A stretch of 64,000 nucleotides of DNA from a bacterium (lineage in GTDB: Bacteria > Patescibacteriota > Saccharimonadia > CAILAD01 > JADZBC01). The position numbers and the translations under genes were made by a program. The stretch is from positions 7,081-71,080 of the forward strand of contig JADZBC010000009.1 of assembly GCA_020852295.1 (NCBI GenBank), in the 5' to 3' direction. Within the stretch, counting starts at the first letter, position 1; every line of letters starts with the position of its first letter. Below the pieces are notes generated by a model. It searched no databases. It was given only the letters and a program-made list of their open reading frames with translations, and was not told where the DNA came from. Positions 17,455 through 26,192 of this stretch are shown here, piece by piece.

Positions 17455-17487
17455 CAAATTGTTACCTTGGATTGGTCCAGGGTAACC

Positions 17488-17512
17488 ACCCCGGCTCTAT
17501 GCCGGGGTTTGC
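17488..17512 (+). terminator. Terminator ending the array (preceded by hairpin 17461-17486)
   Basis: ACCCCGGC-TCTAT-GCCGGGGT-TT; convergent with the MTase gene. Confidence 0.7.
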
Positions 17513-17515
17513 TAT

Positions 17516-18277
17516 TTACGATAATTTTTGAAAAACGCCGTGCAGAGTGTGTTCGAGACCGAAATATCGTTCGTCAGATTGTTTTTGAATAGCCTCGTAA
17601 ATCCGTGTCTCGACCACCAACTTAACCGGCCTGAAGCCAAGCTTTTCAATGAGATCATAATCTTGCTGTGTTCCACCATCCCAAACCAAATATCCACCTG
17701 GCTTTATGACCCTGGCGGCCTCTTGTAGGGCCGCATCACGGAGATCAGATTCATGGTCTGGTTCGAACTCTCGCAGAGCCCCATTGAGGGCACTAATATG
17801 AACCGAGCCAGCCGAATTATGCGCTAGTGGCATCTGCCGCACGTCAGCAATCGCATCCAGCTTCGCGCCTGGCATCCCCAGCGGCGAGTGTGTAACGTTT
17901 GTCACGAAATCAGGTTTGGCATCTGGCAGAATGTGCGAATCAGCCCTGCGCTCGGTTGGCCCGGCAAACTCAACTGCAGTGCCCGCGCCGTGCACAGTTG
18001 GCCAATCTATATCTCCCCAACGAAAAGTTTGGGTTATGGAGCGGTATTCATCGTCTGTTGTTTCTTCCCCGCGCGGTGGATCTATTTCGTAGTCATAGTC
18101 TATCTTGGCATCAGGTCCGAGTTTTGCCGGCAACCAAGAGTCGACATGGCGTAATATCTTCTCGGCCTCTTCTCTCTTAAAAAATGTCGTGTCTGATAGA
18201 TCAAACTCGCGCCCCACTAGGTGCAATAAGTCTTGGTGGAGGTTTTCGTGGGAGGGAAGTGGTGTTTCGCCAGGCAT
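17516..18277 (-). CDS. Class I SAM-dependent methyltransferase-like protein
   Basis: ADVRQMPLAHNS and ALQEAARVIKPGGYLV motifs; start reassigned to ATG 18277 (TATAAT 6 nt upstream). Confidence 0.65.
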   Translation of the reverse strand: MPGETPLPSHENLHQDLLHLVGREFDLSDTTFFKREEAEKILRHVDSWLPAKLGPDAKIDYDYEIDPPRGEETTDDEYRSITQTFRWGDIDWPTVHGAGTAVEFAGPTERRADSHILPDAKPDFVTNVTHSPLGMPGAKLDAIADVRQMPLAHNSAGSVHISALNGALREFEPDHESDLRDAALQEAARVIKPGGYLVWDGGTQQDYDLIEKLGFRPVKLVVETRIYEAIQKQSDERYFGLEHTLHGVFQKLS

Positions 18278-18332
18278 AGCTCGATTATAGTCTAAACCGC
18301 TCGAGCCTGGTACAATATTGCAGATCAACTAA

Positions 18333-18424
18333 GGAGAGATGGCCGAGTGGTTGAAGGCGCTGCTCTCGAAAAGCAGTATGCGGGGTTACTCGCATCGTGG
18401 GTTCGAATCCCACTCTCTCCGCCA
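18333..18424 (+). tRNA. tRNA-Ser(CGA)
   Basis: CTGCT-CTCGAAA-AGCAG, long variable arm, ends GCCA. Confidence 0.96.
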
Positions 18425-18446
18425 ATAGCCTATGGGAGGTGTGCAC

Positions 18447-19151
18447 ATGAATATTTTAGATTTTATTCTTCACATCGATAAATATCTCGCCGCAATCATT
18501 ACTTATTTCGGTAGCTGGACGTATGTCATACTATTTGCAATTATCTTCGCCGAAACGGGCCTAGTCGTGGCGCCATTTTTGCCTGGCGACTCACTAATTT
18601 TTGCAGTGGGTACACTGGCTGGCGGTGGCCTGCTCAATATCTGGGTGGTATACGTGACCGTGTTGGTCGCAGCTATTCTTGGCGACACGGTCAACTACCG
18701 GATCGGGCAATATGTTGGACCGAAGGTCTTCAAAAAAGAAAATTCCCGGATATTCAAACAGAAGTATCTCGATAAAACCGAGGCCTTCTACGAAAAATAC
18801 GGCGTCAAGACGATTGTCCTCGCACGGTTCTTGCCTATCGTGCGCACTTTTGCGCCTTTCGTGGCCGGTATCGGCAACATGAATTACGGTACGTTCTTTC
18901 TGTACAATGTGATCGGTGCATTTATCTGGGTAACATCTTTGACCTTCGCTGGCTACTTCCTGGGTGCACTGCCATTTGTGAAAGAAAACTTTGAGTATGC
19001 CGTTCTCGCCATTGTCATCTTCTCTGTAGTGCCTATGATCCTGGAGTATCTCAAGCACCGACGCAGCGAAGACTCATCGTCAAAAGCAACCAAACATACC
19101 TCATACGGACAAATCCGCAATTTCTTCAAAAAGAAATCGTCCGACAAGTAG
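18447..19151 (+). CDS. dedA: DedA-family membrane protein
   Basis: FAETGLVVAPFLPGDSL and ARFLPIVRTFAPFVAG; GGAGGT RBS before ATG 18447. Confidence 0.92.
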   Translation: MNILDFILHIDKYLAAIITYFGSWTYVILFAIIFAETGLVVAPFLPGDSLIFAVGTLAGGGLLNIWVVYVTVLVAAILGDTVNYRIGQYVGPKVFKKENSRIFKQKYLDKTEAFYEKYGVKTIVLARFLPIVRTFAPFVAGIGNMNYGTFFLYNVIGAFIWVTSLTFAGYFLGALPFVKENFEYAVLAIVIFSVVPMILEYLKHRRSEDSSSKATKHTSYGQIRNFFKKKSSDK

Positions 19152-19221
19152 CCCACTGCCCCTGCTCAGGCGTTCACTACCATCTCGCAATGGTAGCCAA
19201 TCCCTGCTAGCATAAGTTTAT

Positions 19222-21153
19222 ATGTTTGGGTGGTTTTTTATCTCGCTGTCCATTTTGTTGGGCTGGTCGCTCGTACGCCAGTTCGATATGACGTTGCGCC
19301 GACTCGAAGCGCTCGCTATGTCTGTGGCGGTCGGCATGTCATTGAGCGCCTGGATTGTGTTTATCGCAGCGCTAGGGCTCGGATTTTCGCTTGGCCTACC
19401 GCTCGCCATTTGCTTGATCGCGGTGCTCGCCTTCGGTGGGCAGCTTATCCCAGGCCGGTACAGATGGGAGACGCGGCCGTACTCTAAAAAATGGCGCTGG
19501 CTACTGGCAATAACCGCGCTAGGCACTGCCTACGTTGTCGTTCAGCTCATCGTATTGAGCTATCAGTTTCCGAACGCCCAGGGCGCCTGGGTCTCTAATG
19601 GGAATGCTTGGGGCGATGGGCCGCTGCACGTTGCCTATGTCAACCAATTTGCGCAAGGCAACACCGTAGACATGGTCTCGCCATCATATATGAAGGTGCC
19701 GCTGACGTATCCGGTGATTGCTGACTTCTACTCAGCCGTGCTCAAGCGGCTTGGTGGCGACTGGAGTTTTGTCTTGATGGTTCCGTCTGCTGCTATGGTG
19801 TTGGCGCTGATGTATTTAGCCTTCAGCTTTGGGTACCGCATCCTCAAAAGCGCGCGAGCGGCTTGGCTGCAGTATCTGTTTTTTGTTTTTTCTGGTTCAC
19901 TCCAGGGGGCGGTCAAATTCACTGATGTACTCATCAAGAAGGGCGTCCAGGGATATCATGACTTTGTCGGAGTGTCAGTCGCGCTAGCAGCAGGGGACAA
20001 CTACCTCAACTTCATCCACTCCCACCCAATTCCACAACGTGCCTACCTCTTTGGTATGCCACTATTTATCACGATCGCTACCGTACTGCTCGAAAAATAC
20101 CGCCATAATAAGTCGAAGTCGATCAGCCTACCCTCCGTCTTGGCTCAACTCCGCCAGGTTGATGTTATTCTGGTGGGCCTACTGATCGGCATGATGCCGC
20201 TCGTACATATTCACAGTTTTTTAGTTTTGGTCGGGCTGCTTGTGCTCGCGATGGGGATCCTCGCTATCAGGCGTGAGCCGATACCGGTACCCTGGATTGC
20301 CAGCCTTGGCACCGGTCTTGTACTCGCGGCACCTCAACTAGCCTGGCAGTTTAGTAATAGCTACAACAGTCGCTTTACCAAGTGGATTGCCGGCTGGACA
20401 CTGAAAGGTTTTGGCCATGACCCCAATATCAACTTTGTTGGTTTCTGGCTCGGCACACTTGGTTTCCTGTTTGTCGTCATGGTATTTGGCGGACTTTGGC
20501 TCAAGGACAAGAAAGCCAGCATGGAAATCTGGCTACTCTACATCGCCGGGCTTGCCATATTTGCGATCTGCAATGTCTATGTCTTCCAGCCCAATATCTG
20601 GGATAACATGAAGTTCTTCGAGTATGGCTTCTGGTTCATAATGATGGTAGCAGCCTATATTTTGGCCTACTGGTGGAGGCGGCCTCTTTTCCGCCCAGTT
20701 GTTGCCGGAGTGTCAGCAACCCTTGTACTAATGGGCTTCTATACCCTTGTGCTGTCGGGCCCCAAGCTGTCATTTGAGCTCTTAAGCCAAACCGAAGTGG
20801 CGTTTGGCGAACAGATGCAGCAAAGTCTTCCAAAAGATGCATTTATCCTGGTTGGGGATCGACACAACCATCCGATCACCATGCTCGCCGGCCGTAAGGT
20901 ATTGATGACTTACGGTGGTTGGTACAACCTGTATGACGATAAATGGGAAACGGTTTGGGCCGACAGGACTACTATGCTGCGAGGTGGACCACAGGCGAAA
21001 AACCTAATTGAAAAGTATAGCCTCACTCACGCCGTGATCAGTGACGCAGAAGTGGCAAATGGTGAAGCGAGCCTGACGTTTTTTGAACAGAACTACTCTG
21101 AGCTGCCGAGCGTGAGGGGCTGGCACGTTTACGACCTGAGGCAGCCACTATGA
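19222..21153 (+). CDS. Polytopic membrane protein, GT-C-fold glycosyltransferase-like
   Basis: Many TM helices; loop WGDGPLH after the early TMs; soluble C-terminal domain. Confidence 0.6.
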   Translation: MFGWFFISLSILLGWSLVRQFDMTLRRLEALAMSVAVGMSLSAWIVFIAALGLGFSLGLPLAICLIAVLAFGGQLIPGRYRWETRPYSKKWRWLLAITALGTAYVVVQLIVLSYQFPNAQGAWVSNGNAWGDGPLHVAYVNQFAQGNTVDMVSPSYMKVPLTYPVIADFYSAVLKRLGGDWSFVLMVPSAAMVLALMYLAFSFGYRILKSARAAWLQYLFFVFSGSLQGAVKFTDVLIKKGVQGYHDFVGVSVALAAGDNYLNFIHSHPIPQRAYLFGMPLFITIATVLLEKYRHNKSKSISLPSVLAQLRQVDVILVGLLIGMMPLVHIHSFLVLVGLLVLAMGILAIRREPIPVPWIASLGTGLVLAAPQLAWQFSNSYNSRFTKWIAGWTLKGFGHDPNINFVGFWLGTLGFLFVVMVFGGLWLKDKKASMEIWLLYIAGLAIFAICNVYVFQPNIWDNMKFFEYGFWFIMMVAAYILAYWWRRPLFRPVVAGVSATLVLMGFYTLVLSGPKLSFELLSQTEVAFGEQMQQSLPKDAFILVGDRHNHPITMLAGRKVLMTYGGWYNLYDDKWETVWADRTTMLRGGPQAKNLIEKYSLTHAVISDAEVANGEASLTFFEQNYSELPSVRGWHVYDLRQPL

Positions 21154-21875
21154 ACAAGTCGATCCTCTGTGTGGTGCCCGTCTACAACGAGCAGGAAATT
21201 CTCGCCGAGGCAATCAAGCTCCTTCATGAGCAGCTCACGAAACTTACTGCAGGAAACTTCAGAATTGTTGTCGCCAACAATGGCTCAACCGATAACACCG
21301 GGAAGGTTGCCGATGAGCTTGCGCAAACCTATCAAGACACCGTCATACATGAGTTCATCAAGCAAAAGGGCAGAGGCAATGCCTTTCGCGCCGTCTTTGC
21401 AAAGTATAAATGCAAGATTGGCATGTACATCGATGTAGATCTACCATGTGAACTGTCTGATCTGAGAAGACATATCTCGGCCATTAAGAAAGGAGTCGAC
21501 CTGGTCGTGTCGCACCGGGTTGGCAGTCGACCACTTGGTCGTCGCGCCATGACCCTCTCCCTGCGAACACTGAATCGGCTCGCCTTTGGCCTCCGAGTAT
21601 CGGACTCGCAGTGCGCCATCAAGGCCATGTCGCCAGATGCCATCAATATACTTGTAAACAGCTGCTGTGAAAACGGCTGGTTTCTCGACACCGAACTTGT
21701 AGTAATGGTGCATCGTGCCGGCCTTTCTATCCATGAAGTGCCGATACACTGGATCGAGGAGCGCTTCACCGGAAGAGCTAGCAAGGTGTCGCCGCTTCAT
21801 GATATGGCCGAGGGCGCGAAGGCAATTGGTCGGATCTGGAAACGGGCGCGATCTGTGGTCGGCAAGCATCAATGA
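21150..21875 (+). CDS. GT2 polyprenol-phosphate glycosyltransferase-like
   Basis: VPVYNEQ, NNGSTDNT, DVD, DSQCAIK, WFLDTEL. Confidence 0.85.
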   Translation: MNKSILCVVPVYNEQEILAEAIKLLHEQLTKLTAGNFRIVVANNGSTDNTGKVADELAQTYQDTVIHEFIKQKGRGNAFRAVFAKYKCKIGMYIDVDLPCELSDLRRHISAIKKGVDLVVSHRVGSRPLGRRAMTLSLRTLNRLAFGLRVSDSQCAIKAMSPDAINILVNSCCENGWFLDTELVVMVHRAGLSIHEVPIHWIEERFTGRASKVSPLHDMAEGAKAIGRIWKRARSVVGKHQ

Positions 21876-22429
21876 TCGTCGCTGCACTCTGGATCTTCAT
21901 TCTCTGCTCGGCCTTTATTACGTTTGGCCTTTACTTCATCCGTCTGATCGACCTAATACAGGTGCGCGATGCGCCCTATGTGCCACTGGATAGTAATGCT
22001 ATTCAGGCACTACTAAAAAACCTTCCAGACCTGCGCAACAAGACTGTTTATGAGCTCGGGAGCGGAGATGGGCGGGTCGCCCTGGAGGTGGCCCACCGAC
22101 TTCGACCCAAACGCTACCTCGCTATTGAGAAGGGGAGGTGGCCAATGCTAATGGCACACCTGAAGAGATTGCGAGCTGGCAACCCACCGGGGCTCGAGTT
22201 TGTGTCTAATGACATACGCAACACCAATCTGAGCCCAGCCAATATCGTGTTTGTTTACCTAATGGATGATTTTGTATCCCAACTCAAAGATAAGTTCAAA
22301 AAAGAACTAAAGCCGGGTACAATCCTGATAAGTTGTCAGTTTCCACTAAAAGGTAAGCGCCCCTTCAAGACCATCGAGGTCGAGAATGGCCCGATAATTG
22401 CGAGCCAATTCTATTTCTATCGATACTAA
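21872..22429 (+). CDS. Membrane-anchored class I SAM methyltransferase
   Basis: APYVP, YELGSGDGRV, ELKPGT. Confidence 0.85.
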   Translation: MIVAALWIFILCSAFITFGLYFIRLIDLIQVRDAPYVPLDSNAIQALLKNLPDLRNKTVYELGSGDGRVALEVAHRLRPKRYLAIEKGRWPMLMAHLKRLRAGNPPGLEFVSNDIRNTNLSPANIVFVYLMDDFVSQLKDKFKKELKPGTILISCQFPLKGKRPFKTIEVENGPIIASQFYFYRY

Positions 22430-23086
22430 CTACTTTCGAGCCAGCGTGGCGGCACTCACCGAACGGACTCCTGCCGCCCTCAGAACCCGAGCACACTCAC
22501 CTAGTGTGGCGCCAGTAGTCACAACATCGTCGATAATGCAGATCCGCCGACCAGCCAAGGCGCCACCTCCTATCATAAAGTTGCCCTTGGTCTGCTCTAT
22601 GCGGCGCTGTCGGCTTTGACCAACCTGCGGCGTGTGACGCAGACGCAATAAGGTTGGTCGAATCGGTACACCGAGCTCATCACTCACTGTCCGGGCGATA
22701 AGCTCGGCCTGATTGTAGCCACGACGACGCAAAGCCGGTCCATCGCTCGGCACAAACGTGATCAGCTCAACGTCATCTGGTATTTCCTGGGCCAATCGCC
22801 GCCCGAGTAGTGCGGCAATCTCTCGATTACCATGATACTTGAGCGCATAGATCAGCCGCTCTGACGCTTCATCGAGCCGCAATAGAGTAGTAAGGCGTAA
22901 AAGCGGTGTATGTCGTCGGCAAGATCGGCATGTTCTCCCGGTGTCATCGAGTCGATTACACCATACGCAAGCCTGCGTGCGAGGGGTAATATGCTGCGAA
23001 AAACAGCCATCACAAACCGTCCTACCTTCGGTGTTGCAAAAAATACAACTGTGCGGTGCAATGATTTTACTGATTAGACTGAGCAT
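22430..23086 (-). CDS. comF: ComF-family competence protein (Zn finger plus PRTase)
   Basis: CxxC pairs, RRGYNQ, IIDDVVTTGATL; start reassigned to ATG 23086. Confidence 0.88.
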   Translation of the reverse strand: MLSLISKIIAPHSCIFCNTEGRTVCDGCFSQHITPRTQACVWCNRLDDTGRTCRSCRRHTPLLRLTTLLRLDEASERLIYALKYHGNREIAALLGRRLAQEIPDDVELITFVPSDGPALRRRGYNQAELIARTVSDELGVPIRPTLLRLRHTPQVGQSRQRRIEQTKGNFMIGGGALAGRRICIIDDVVTTGATLGECARVLRAAGVRSVSAATLARK

Positions 23087-23162
23087 TTCTTCCTTGCAAA
23101 CTTTTTGATTGTGGATATAATAGGGAGAAATAAGCCAGTGAGGCAAGTATAAGGAGTAAGCT

Positions 23163-23594
23163 ATGGCCCGAAAAGACAAGAATGCTGAAAACGAGATCCT
23201 AGAAGAGGAATTTCTAGACACCGAAGCTACCAACTCTGAAGACTGGATGAACGAAGAAGAGTTTGAAGGTCAGCTGGCGGTTGATGTTTACCAGACCAAA
23301 GAGACAGTAGTGATCAAGGCACCAATCGCCGGTGTTCGTCCACAAGATATTGACGTTGCCATCTCTGAAGACGTTGTAACGATCCGTGGTGACCGCAAAG
23401 ACGAAAAGGCAGTTGAGAAGGAGCACTACTATGTCCAGGAGTGTTTCTGGGGCTCATTTAGCCGATCAGTGATCTTGCCAACCAGCACGATCGCAGATGA
23501 AGCAGTTGCCACCCTCAAGGACGGCGTACTTACCATCGAGATTCCTAAGGTTGCCCAAAACAAGATCAAGAAGATCAAGGTCAGCCCAGTTTAA
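23163..23594 (+). CDS. Hsp20/alpha-crystallin small heat-shock protein
   Basis: WGSFSRSVILP, LKDGVLTIEIPK, C-terminal IKV; AAGGAG RBS. Confidence 0.92.
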   Translation: MARKDKNAENEILEEEFLDTEATNSEDWMNEEEFEGQLAVDVYQTKETVVIKAPIAGVRPQDIDVAISEDVVTIRGDRKDEKAVEKEHYYVQECFWGSFSRSVILPTSTIADEAVATLKDGVLTIEIPKVAQNKIKKIKVSPV

Positions 23595-23615
23595 AAAGAT
23601 TTATGTGTGCAGTCG

Positions 23616-23643
23616 ACAGACCACCTTCAGGTGGTCTGTTTTT
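23616..23643. terminator. Terminator between convergent genes
   Basis: ACAGACCACC-TTCA-GGTGGTCTGT-TTTT. Confidence 0.75.
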
Positions 23644-23644
23644 G

Positions 23645-24982
23645 TTATTGACGAGAGCGCGCGATCTCTTGTGTGACGCGCGTGGCTGCCGCCTTGGTAG
23701 AGACCGCCGCATCGAGACCACCTCGAGCGCCGTTGATCAGGTCGGCGAAGATACCTTCGACATTATAATTGTTACCCTGATACCAGGTACGTGATGTATT
23801 AACTTGCCCAGCAAATACACCGATAGATCGATCGTCGCGCTGCTTGTCCACCATGTCGCGGCGACTGGCGGGGCGGTAACTTGCCAGGGAATACTTGTTA
23901 AGCTCCTCGCGAGAGCTAATAAAACGTAGGAGGTCCCAGGCTAGTTCGGTGTGTTTGGAGTTTTTATTGACCAGCTCATCCCAGTGGCTCGCGTAGTTGA
24001 TCTGGTCACGCCCAGGTAACTGGGGCAGGCTTGCCACCTTGTAGTTGAGCGCCGGATTTTGACGCTCAAGTAGGGGCGCGCGATACCCGTAGTCGATAAG
24101 CATCGCTAGCTTACCCTGCGCAAAGGCATCGACTGGATTGCCGAGCGCGTCATTCCAGGCGTAGACCGACTTGTTGGGATTGCTAAAGCTATTGAAGTAG
24201 TCAACCGCTCGCGCTGCAGGGTAGTAGTTGTTTGCATCCGGCAAACCAAAGGTCGCCTTAGTGGGTGGCGAGTCGGTCATCTGAGCGCCGTTCTGCATCA
24301 TGAGCACCGAAAGAATATCGACATAGTTGGTCACACCCGGGGTGCCGAGAGCCACACCGGCTCGACTAATCGATTGGCCGTTCTTGGTGGTTAGTTTTTT
24401 AGCCACATCAGCGAACTCTTGCCAATTCTTTGGGGGCTGAGCAATTTTCGCGGCTTCAAAGATATCAGCGTTGTAATACAGCCCAAGCGTAGATATTCCA
24501 AAGGTCAGTCCATTGATGGTGTCGCCGGTAGTAAGATCACGCTGCGCGACATCGACAAATGTATCGCGATACTCCTGGGGCGTAAAGACAGTCGTCGGTG
24601 CCGGCACAAGAGACTTCTGGTAGCGCGGCAGCCAGTCGTTGCGCACCGTGAATATATCTGGCAGTGTGCCTTTTGCTTGATTGTCCGACAGCAGCTTATC
24701 GTATGAAGCAGCCGGCTGATTGACTAGCTTCACGGTGATATTTGGGTGGAGCGCCTTGTAGTCGGCCAGGATTGCGTCAAGCGCTTTCGGATCAACGTCG
24801 GGACGCCAATACGTCAAGGTGATCGGCTCCGTCGGATAGGTCACACGTGACTGATAGGTGGGGGGTGAGAAAAAGGGGATCGTGCGTTCGCGTACAGCTT
24901 TGTAAATAAAATACACTACCAGACCAAAGGCCAGTAGCAACAAAAGAGCGCGCCAGTTGAGTTTTGTTAGACTTCTTTGCAC
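23645..24982 (-). CDS. Membrane-anchored extracellular solute-binding protein (sugar type)
   Basis: PDIF, LYYNADIF, PPKNWQEF, FAQGKLAM. Confidence 0.85.
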   Translation of the reverse strand: MQRSLTKLNWRALLLLLAFGLVVYFIYKAVRERTIPFFSPPTYQSRVTYPTEPITLTYWRPDVDPKALDAILADYKALHPNITVKLVNQPAASYDKLLSDNQAKGTLPDIFTVRNDWLPRYQKSLVPAPTTVFTPQEYRDTFVDVAQRDLTTGDTINGLTFGISTLGLYYNADIFEAAKIAQPPKNWQEFADVAKKLTTKNGQSISRAGVALGTPGVTNYVDILSVLMMQNGAQMTDSPPTKATFGLPDANNYYPAARAVDYFNSFSNPNKSVYAWNDALGNPVDAFAQGKLAMLIDYGYRAPLLERQNPALNYKVASLPQLPGRDQINYASHWDELVNKNSKHTELAWDLLRFISSREELNKYSLASYRPASRRDMVDKQRDDRSIGVFAGQVNTSRTWYQGNNYNVEGIFADLINGARGGLDAAVSTKAAATRVTQEIARSRQ

Positions 24983-25013
24983 GCTCTTATTTTAGCACGA
25001 GAGGTTTGCTCTA

Positions 25014-25397
25014 TTACTTGAATTGCCCCAGAGTAAAGTTGACGATTGCGTAGGCCAGTATAGCAATAATAAGCCCTATTACCGCGTAGACGATCGTGTC
25101 TTTGGCGCCGGTGGTAGCCTTTTCGTTGCCAGCCGATAATACATATCGCAGAGCGCCAATGATGATCATGATAACCGATGCAACCCCCACTACAATAAGC
25201 AGGGTGTTGGTGATGGTGCGAATACTATCGAGCAAATTACTCGTGGCACCAGTGCCAGCAGCGCAGTCTGCACCACCCTGAATCGTATTGTCAGTGCAGG
25301 CAGCCGACGCTGGACTAGGTAATAAGCCAGGTAACAGCAAAGCTAGCTGGATTGATCCAGCTAGCAGTTGGTTACTTACTTTTTGCTTTGCAGCCAC
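25014..25397 (-). CDS. T4SS/TrbC-VirB2-like pilin
   Basis: IIIGALRYVLSAGN..AKDTIVYAVIGLII. Confidence 0.85.
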   Translation of the reverse strand: MAAKQKVSNQLLAGSIQLALLLPGLLPSPASAACTDNTIQGGADCAAGTGATSNLLDSIRTITNTLLIVVGVASVIMIIIGALRYVLSAGNEKATTGAKDTIVYAVIGLIIAILAYAIVNFTLGQFK

Positions 25398-25399
25398 CC

Positions 25400-25816
25400 C
25401 TACACCGCCGGCGTTTGGGTAAACTGCCCAAGGACAAAGTTAACAGCAGCGTAAGCTACGAGACACACGATAATACCGATGATGGCATATACGATAGTGT
25501 CCTTCGCGCCCGTAACGGCCTTTTCGTTACCTTGAGAGAACACATAGCGGAATCCTCCGATGATCAACATCAGAACCGCAACAATACCGACACCCAAAAT
25601 AAGAGTGTTTGTGATTACACGAATATTGAGCAGCAAATCTGTGGATGCACCAGTCGGCTTAATTTTGTTCAGTCCGCCCGGGTCATCTGGATTTAGGGCA
25701 CTTGGTACTGTTACATTTGGTTGCGTCCCGGGGGCGTCAACTGCCAAAGCGCGACTAGCAGCCATCGTGAAGTAGGCTCCGGCAACTGCTGGCACACTTT
25801 TTAATACGTTTCTCAT
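25400..25816 (-). CDS. T4SS/TrbC-VirB2-like pilin
   Basis: IIGGFRYVFSQGN..AKDTIVYAIIG. Confidence 0.85.
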   Translation of the reverse strand: MRNVLKSVPAVAGAYFTMAASRALAVDAPGTQPNVTVPSALNPDDPGGLNKIKPTGASTDLLLNIRVITNTLILGVGIVAVLMLIIGGFRYVFSQGNEKAVTGAKDTIVYAIIGIIVCLVAYAAVNFVLGQFTQTPAV

Positions 25817-25899
25817 CTGATAATTTCTCCTTGGTATTGTGATATTAATATAATTCTTGACCTGATTGTAGACTATTTTTTTGAGCGTGACAATTATAT

Positions 25900-26187
25900 C
25901 TAGAGGCGGCCAATGATAAAGGTGACGATGGCATAGCCAAGTACTGCCAACACTACACCGACAACCGCATAGAGGATAGTATCCTTCGCTCGAGCCAGTT
26001 TGTTTTGATCACCCGCCGAGACCACATACATAAGGGCACCTACGATGATCATGATGACCGAGCCACTGCCAATGACAAAGATGATCGTATTAATGATAGT
26101 GGTAGCGAGATTACCTTGGGTCGTGAACGATTTGGCCGCTACGTCGGGTGGTACACTAACCACGATGTCTGAAAATATTTTTCCCAT
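25900..26187 (-). CDS. T4SS/TrbC-VirB2-like pilin
   Basis: IVGALMYVVSAGD..AKDTILYAVVG. Confidence 0.85.
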   Translation of the reverse strand: MGKIFSDIVVSVPPDVAAKSFTTQGNLATTIINTIIFVIGSGSVIMIIVGALMYVVSAGDQNKLARAKDTILYAVVGVVLAVLGYAIVTFIIGRL

Positions 26188-26192
26188 CGAAT

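Larger units (their letters stand above)
16838..17512 (+). ncRNA. Candidate large structured ncRNA: five tRNA-like domains alternating with hairpins
   Basis: Own promoter and terminator; nearly continuous base-pairing potential; no credible ORF. Confidence 0.8.

Noticed and set aside
16838-17512. Array as tmRNA, RNase P RNA or SRP RNA
   Set aside because: No single terminal tRNA-Ala-like domain enclosing a tag ORF, no GAGGAAAGTCC-type P4 motif, and no SRP domain IV motif seen.
16838-17512. Y RNA (YrlA) locus
   Set aside because: No Ro60/Rsr gene in the window and the elements have ordinary tRNA topology; not fully excluded without cmscan.
16681-18424. Integrative-element att sites at the tRNA genes
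   Set aside because: No integrase and no exact duplicated tRNA 3' end; similarity among tRNA-Ser genes is ordinary paralogy.
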